Assembly (NCBI GenBank): GCA_050330955.1
Contig: JBHJHJ010000024.1
Span: 1,217 to 65,216, forward strand
Direction of reading: 5' to 3'
Length of the DNA: 64,000 nucleotides
Source: Elainellaceae cyanobacterium
GTDB taxonomy: Bacteria > Cyanobacteriota > Cyanobacteriia > CAKZMO01
Below are positions 59,689 through 64,000 of the stretch, piece after piece. The notes beneath the pieces are model-generated. The model searched no databases. It was not told the origin of the DNA and worked only from the letters and a program-made list of their open reading frames with translations. The translations under genes were made by a program, and so were the position numbers. The first letter of the stretch is position 1. Each line of letters starts with the position of its first letter.

Positions 59689-61239
59689 ATGGCACCACTG
59701 GCATTGCTGAGCGTATCAGATAAAACGGGACTGGTAGAGCTTGCCCGCGCCCTAGTCAGTGAATTTGGCTTTGACCTGGTGAGCAGCGGCGGCACGGCCA
59801 AAGCACTACAGCAGGCCAATATCGCCGTAACTAAGGTCTCAGACTACACGGGCTCCCCGGAAATCTTGGGTGGCCGGGTTAAGACCCTACACCCCCGCAT
59901 CCATGGCGGTATTCTGGCGCGCCGAGAGGTTCCTGAAGACCAGGGCGACTTAGACGACAACCAAATTCGCCCCATCGATTTAGTTGTTGTTAACCTCTAT
60001 CCCTTTGAGCGCACCATCGCCACCGCTGGGGTCAGCCTACCCGAAGCCATCGAGCAGATCGACATCGGTGGCCCGACCCTGATTCGCGCTGCCGCTAAGA
60101 ACTTCGCCCACGTTACGGTGCTCTGTCAGCCCGACCAGTACGACGCCTACCTAGAGGAAATCCGGAGCCAAGGCTCCCCATCTTTAGACTTTCGCCGCCG
60201 CTGCGCCCAGCAGGCGTTTTGGCAGACGGCCTGCTACGACCAGGCGATCGCCACCTACCTCACCCAATCTGAGGACGACGCCAGTGAATCGCCCAGCTTG
60301 CCCCAGCGCTTCACCGTCGTGGGCCAGCAGCGCCAGCCCCTCCGCTATGGCGAAAACCCACACCAGTCTGCTGTCTGGTATCAAACTGGGACAATTGCCT
60401 CAGGTTGGGCCGCAGCCCATAAGCTGCAGGGGAAAGACCTCAGCTACAACAATCTGGTGGATTTAGAAGCGGCACGGCGTATCATCGCTGAGTTTCCAGT
60501 CCATCAGCCTGCCGCAGCGGTGCTAAAACACACCAATCCCTGCGGAGTGGCGGTGGCCGACAGCCTAGCTGACGCCTATCGGGCCGCTTTTGACGCCGAC
60601 GACGTTTCGGCCTTTGGCGGCATTGTGGCATTGAATCAGCCCATCGACACCGCAACGGCCACGGCGCTGACCCAAACGTTTTTAGAATGCGTCGTGGCTC
60701 CCGGCTGCGAGGCCGAAGCAGAAGCGATCTTAGCTAAAAAGTCGAAGCTGCGGGTGCTGACCCTGAGCGACACCGCCGGACCCGATCAGCTCGTACGCCC
60801 TATTGCTGGGGGCTTTTTGGTGCAGCAGAGTGACGACCGGCCTATTGACCCCGCCACCTGGACTGTCGCCACCCAAGCCCAGCCTAGTGATGAGCAAATG
60901 GCAGAGCTTGCTTTTGCTTGGCGGGTGGTGAAGCATGTCAAATCCAACGCCATCGTGGTGAGCCGCGATCGCACCACGCGGGGCATCGGCGCAGGCCAAA
61001 TGAACCGGGTGGGGGCAGTGGCGATCGCCCTAGCGCAAGCGGGAGAGCTTGCCCAAGGCGCCGTGCTGGCTAGCGACGGCTTTTTCCCTTTTGATGATTC
61101 AGTGCGAACTGCAGCAGCGGCGGGGGTGAGCGCCATTATTCAGCCCGGCGGCAGCATGCGCGATCAAGACTCTATCGACGCCGCGGACGAGCTGGGTCTA
61201 GTGATGGTGCTGACTGGAATGCGACATTTTCTTCACTGA
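59689..61239 (+). CDS. purH: Bifunctional AICAR transformylase / IMP cyclohydrolase
   Basis: MAPLALLSVSDKTGLVELARAL...LVSSGGTAKAL...GGRVKTLHPRIHGGILARR, and the C-terminal AICARFT domain. AGGAG SD before the ATG at 59689. Confidence 0.9.
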   Translation: MAPLALLSVSDKTGLVELARALVSEFGFDLVSSGGTAKALQQANIAVTKVSDYTGSPEILGGRVKTLHPRIHGGILARREVPEDQGDLDDNQIRPIDLVVVNLYPFERTIATAGVSLPEAIEQIDIGGPTLIRAAAKNFAHVTVLCQPDQYDAYLEEIRSQGSPSLDFRRRCAQQAFWQTACYDQAIATYLTQSEDDASESPSLPQRFTVVGQQRQPLRYGENPHQSAVWYQTGTIASGWAAAHKLQGKDLSYNNLVDLEAARRIIAEFPVHQPAAAVLKHTNPCGVAVADSLADAYRAAFDADDVSAFGGIVALNQPIDTATATALTQTFLECVVAPGCEAEAEAILAKKSKLRVLTLSDTAGPDQLVRPIAGGFLVQQSDDRPIDPATWTVATQAQPSDEQMAELAFAWRVVKHVKSNAIVVSRDRTTRGIGAGQMNRVGAVAIALAQAGELAQGAVLASDGFFPFDDSVRTAAAAGVSAIIQPGGSMRDQDSIDAADELGLVMVLTGMRHFLH

Positions 61240-61299
61240 GGAATGTAAAGAAGATTAAAATTAACAACATGTCGCTTTCCCAGAAATTCCGTAGAATCC

Positions 61300-61776
61300 A
61301 TGGACTTTATTCCTGACGCAATCAAACCCTGGCTAAATTTTATCCACCCCATTTTGATGTGGGTGCTGCTTGTTGTCACGCTATATGCGCTCTATTTGGG
61401 CTGGCAGGTGCGCCAAATTCGTTCGGCTGACCCCGAAACGCGCAAAGAACTCGTCAAGAAAAAGGTCAACGTCAAGCACTACCAAGTGGGCTCTGCTCTG
61501 CTGGCCTTTATGGTGATTGGCTCCATCAGCGCCATGGCGGTAACCTACATCAACAACGGTAAGCTGTTCCTTGGACCGCACCTATTGGCTGGGCTAGGGA
61601 TGACGGGGCTGATTGCCACCTCAGCTTCGCTGTCCCCCTTCATGCAGAAGGGTCAAGACTGGGCGCGCTACACGCACATTACGCTGAATATTGTGCTAGT
61701 GGCGCTGTTTGGCTGGCAGGCGGTGACTGGCATGCAGATCGTGCAGAAGATCATCACTAGCATGATGAACGCTTAA
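61300..61776 (+). CDS. DUF4079-like integral membrane protein
   Basis: 158 aa, 4 TM helices. NFIHPILMWVLLVVTLYALYLGWQVR is reminiscent of cyanobacterial/plastid DUF4079 proteins. Confidence 0.45.
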   Translation: MDFIPDAIKPWLNFIHPILMWVLLVVTLYALYLGWQVRQIRSADPETRKELVKKKVNVKHYQVGSALLAFMVIGSISAMAVTYINNGKLFLGPHLLAGLGMTGLIATSASLSPFMQKGQDWARYTHITLNIVLVALFGWQAVTGMQIVQKIITSMMNA

Positions 61777-61803
61777 GCAGATTATTCTGAGCGATCGCGT
61801 CCC

Positions 61804-61982
61804 GTAGCGAATGTCCTCAGTATGTGTTTAGCGACTTTGATAAAAAGGCCATGCATTTTCGTCTTACCCCCCTCAATCCCCCCTTGCAAAGGGGGGAAGC
61901 TGAGTTATCCCCCATTACAAGGGGGAGCTAGGGGGGGTAATCCTATACGCTAAACACGTACTGTCCTCACGACATTCGCTAC
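61804..61982. repeat. Nested-palindrome element with ~30-bp imperfect terminal inverted repeats (MITE-like or bidirectional terminator)
   Basis: Left arm GTAGCGAATGTCCTCAGTATGTGTTTAGCG against right arm CGCTAAACACGTACTGTCCTCACGACATTCGCTAC. Inside are TTACCCCCC...GGGGGGGTAA enclosing CCCCCCTT-GCA-AAGGGGGG and CCCCC-ATTACAA-GGGGG hairpins. It lies exactly between convergent gene ends. Confidence 0.5.
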
Positions 61983-61985
61983 AGA

Positions 61986-62375
61986 TTACAATTTGACCGC
62001 CTGATTCCCAATGCCCTTAATCACTAGCGTCGTGGCATTCAGTCGGCCCGTGATTTGGACCAAATCTCCCGGCTGAACCATCAGCGGCTGCTCAGAGCAA
62101 GCAAACCATTCTGTTGCCTGATAGCGGACCCGCAAGCGGCGATCGCTGGCGGAGATGCTGGTGACCGTACCGGATTTCGGCGGCTCGACGGTCGCTGCGG
62201 CCTTGCTAAAAACTCCCCACATAAACTCCTCCTGCACCCACGCTGGGTGGTTTAGATCGTTATGTAAGCGTTTTTCAAGCGGCGCCGTGGAAACACGGAC
62301 AGGTTTGTCAACCCTACACAAAACGGAAGTTTTCCGGGCAATTGGGTTAGGGGGATACCGCATCTGCGGCGTCAT
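61986..62375 (-). CDS. Hypothetical protein, possible NfeD-like C-terminal OB-fold
   Basis: 129 aa. C-terminal VQPGDLVQITGRLNATTLVIKGI resembles the NfeD short-form beta-barrel. Weak call. Confidence 0.3.
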   Translation of the reverse strand: MTPQMRYPPNPIARKTSVLCRVDKPVRVSTAPLEKRLHNDLNHPAWVQEEFMWGVFSKAAATVEPPKSGTVTSISASDRRLRVRYQATEWFACSEQPLMVQPGDLVQITGRLNATTLVIKGIGNQAVKL

Positions 62376-64000
62376 TGCTTACTTCAGTCTCTTCTTCCCC
62401 AGCGCCTAGGTCGAGCAAGAACTGCAGCGCCTTGGCAATATACTCCGCGCAGGTCCAGGGAGACAGCTCGTAAAACCGTCGCCAGGCCTGAGCCGCATGG
62501 TCATCGTAGTGGGCTTCACCGAGGTTTTGTTCCACAATGTGATCTACCCAGAAGAGACGGACCGCATGACCAATCAGCACGTCTAAAATAATATTGCTTT
62601 CAATCTCCAGATCGGGGTTGCGCTTGGCGATCGCCGCGAGTTCGGTCAGCGCTTCCACGGTGATCTGCCGGTATTCAGGGGCCTGCAGCTTGTTGAGCAG
62701 GTGCTCCACCCGTAGGGCGAAGTTTTGCTCCTCGGGCGTCATTTCCGAAAGCACCAGTTCACTGTCTAAGCGGTTGCGGCGCTCTAGCTTATCGCCAATG
62801 ACGAGGCCTTTGCAGTGCTTGAGCACTTGGCGCACGTCGCTGTAAAAGTCCTCCGGGATACGATTGAGGGCGCCCTCCCGCTGCCGGTGTCGCCACCAGC
62901 TGCCGCTGAACGGCTCGTGATCGACCGTATCTAGCACAATTTTCTCCGGCAGCACCCACTGAATGTCCTGCCGCCGCTTCACCTGCAGCAGCTCGTGGCG
63001 CATCCGATTTTGCCCCAAAGTGCTGTAGCCTTCAAGCACGTGCTGCAGCCGCTGCTTCACCTCGAACGGGCTCATCTGCACCAGCAGCTCAAACGCCTCG
63101 TCCTGAGATACCCCTTCCTTTTGGGCCACCTCGTCTGTGAGCAGCAAAATTAGGTATCCCGTCCGCAGGGTCAAGAGCCCATTGAATAACTCAGGGTCGG
63201 TCTTGATCAAGATGCTCAAGTAGATCAAAATTTCCTGGGTCAGCGGGCGCTCTCGCACGTCTTCGCCGCAGCAGGCTTCAATCTTCTCCACAATCTCCCC
63301 ATGGGACATGGGCTCTTGAATCAGGCAGTCCTCGCTGTAGACCTCCCCAATGGCGATTTGCTTTTGCCGCACGAGGATATCCGTCACAGCGTCCGACAGA
63401 CCGATGTCGATTTTGACCAGTAAACCCGCCGCGCGGCGAATAATCGACCAAAGCTCCAGCTCACTGGCCTTGGTGTAGACCTCCACCAGCAGGTCCGTGA
63501 CGGTGATGACCTCATCCTCCTGGCCAAATCCGGTGTCGAAGGCCAATCCCTCCAGCCGCGTCAGCAGGTCCAACAGCTCAATCTGCTCATAGAGGTTTTG
63601 GGACTCCCTGAGGGACTGCAGCAGCACACCGCGATCGCGCTCCCCTTCAATCATGAACTCCTGGGTATAGCTCAGCGGGCCGCTGAGATCGGGGGAGAAC
63701 TCCAGCCACCGCGACAGGACAATGCTGTCCTTCATGGATGCGCGGGCGAGCTCGAAGTCGGGCAGATGGTCGATGCGCTCGATGTTGGCGGTGAGGCTGA
63801 ACTGGTTGAGATGCCCCAGGGTGACCGGCGTTCCGTCGCAGTCGCCGTCTCGAAGCTGCTTAATCAGCGCCAGCAGCGGCGATCGCTCGATGCTGCCAAA
63901 CCGATGGATTTCGAACATGGAGTTGGTGAGCAGCAGGGTGACGGTGGGCCGGCCCAGCTCGTGCCAGTGGCGATGAATATAGGCCAGCTCACCGCGAATC
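62347..64000 (-). CDS. Large hypothetical protein, 5' end beyond window
   Basis: The reading frame stays open upstream of the track's Met at 63918 to the window edge. More than 550 aa, no motif recognised. Confidence 0.4.
   Translation of the reverse strand, partial: IRGELAYIHRHWHELGRPTVTLLLTNSMFEIHRFGSIERSPLLALIKQLRDGDCDGTPVTLGHLNQFSLTANIERIDHLPDFELARASMKDSIVLSRWLEFSPDLSGPLSYTQEFMIEGERDRGVLLQSLRESQNLYEQIELLDLLTRLEGLAFDTGFGQEDEVITVTDLLVEVYTKASELELWSIIRRAAGLLVKIDIGLSDAVTDILVRQKQIAIGEVYSEDCLIQEPMSHGEIVEKIEACCGEDVRERPLTQEILIYLSILIKTDPELFNGLLTLRTGYLILLLTDEVAQKEGVSQDEAFELLVQMSPFEVKQRLQHVLEGYSTLGQNRMRHELLQVKRRQDIQWVLPEKIVLDTVDHEPFSGSWWRHRQREGALNRIPEDFYSDVRQVLKHCKGLVIGDKLERRNRLDSELVLSEMTPEEQNFALRVEHLLNKLQAPEYRQITVEALTELAAIAKRNPDLEIESNIILDVLIGHAVRLFWVDHIVEQNLGEAHYDDHAAQAWRRFYELSPWTCAEYIAKALQFLLDLGAGEEETEVSNDAADAVSP

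Noticed and set aside
61986-64000. Calling the last large minus-strand gene as a GH15/phosphorylase-kinase-like enzyme
   Set aside because: I could not support this from any recognisable motif, so it is left as hypothetical. The frame also stays open past the predicted Met to the window edge.

Overview
This GC-rich window appears to be from a cyanobacterial chromosome. The octamer GCGATCGC (HIP1) recurs throughout, there is a pentapeptide-repeat protein, a PatA-type regulator and a HisG-short ATP phosphoribosyltransferase. Most of the window is core metabolism and cell machinery: hisG, ilvD, a glnB-type P-II gene with a perfect NtcA box upstream, proA, tilS, tsaC/yrdC, an RpoD-family sigma factor, HU, cobD and purH. 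Two motility loci are present. One is a complete Hmp/Pil chemotaxis-like cluster (PatA-type regulator, CheY, CheW, MCP, hybrid CheA) with a divergent coiled-coil HmpF-like gene. The other is the pilM-pilN-pilO-pilQ type IV pilus operon. The most accessory-looking segment is a minus-strand cluster at 12.1-17.8 kb with three sulfotransferase-fold proteins flanking an RTX calcium-binding repeat protein, followed by a membrane-anchored beta-propeller protein. This cluster is my best candidate for an undescribed system, possibly a sulfated secreted or surface RTX protein analogous to RaxST/RaxX. Other things worth a second look are a ~10-unit 21-bp tandem repeat array inside the hmp/pil operon, a divergent RsbW-like kinase / REC-PP2C partner-switching pair, a B12-radical-SAM gene apparently co-transcribed with a DICT-like / degenerate HD-GYP protein, a cofactor-motif-less FAD-oxidoreductase homologue, an uncalled 40-codon single-TM ORF upstream of proA, and a nested-palindrome MITE-like element between convergent genes near 61.9 kb. 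I saw no tRNA or rRNA genes, no CRISPR array, and no transposase or integrase.
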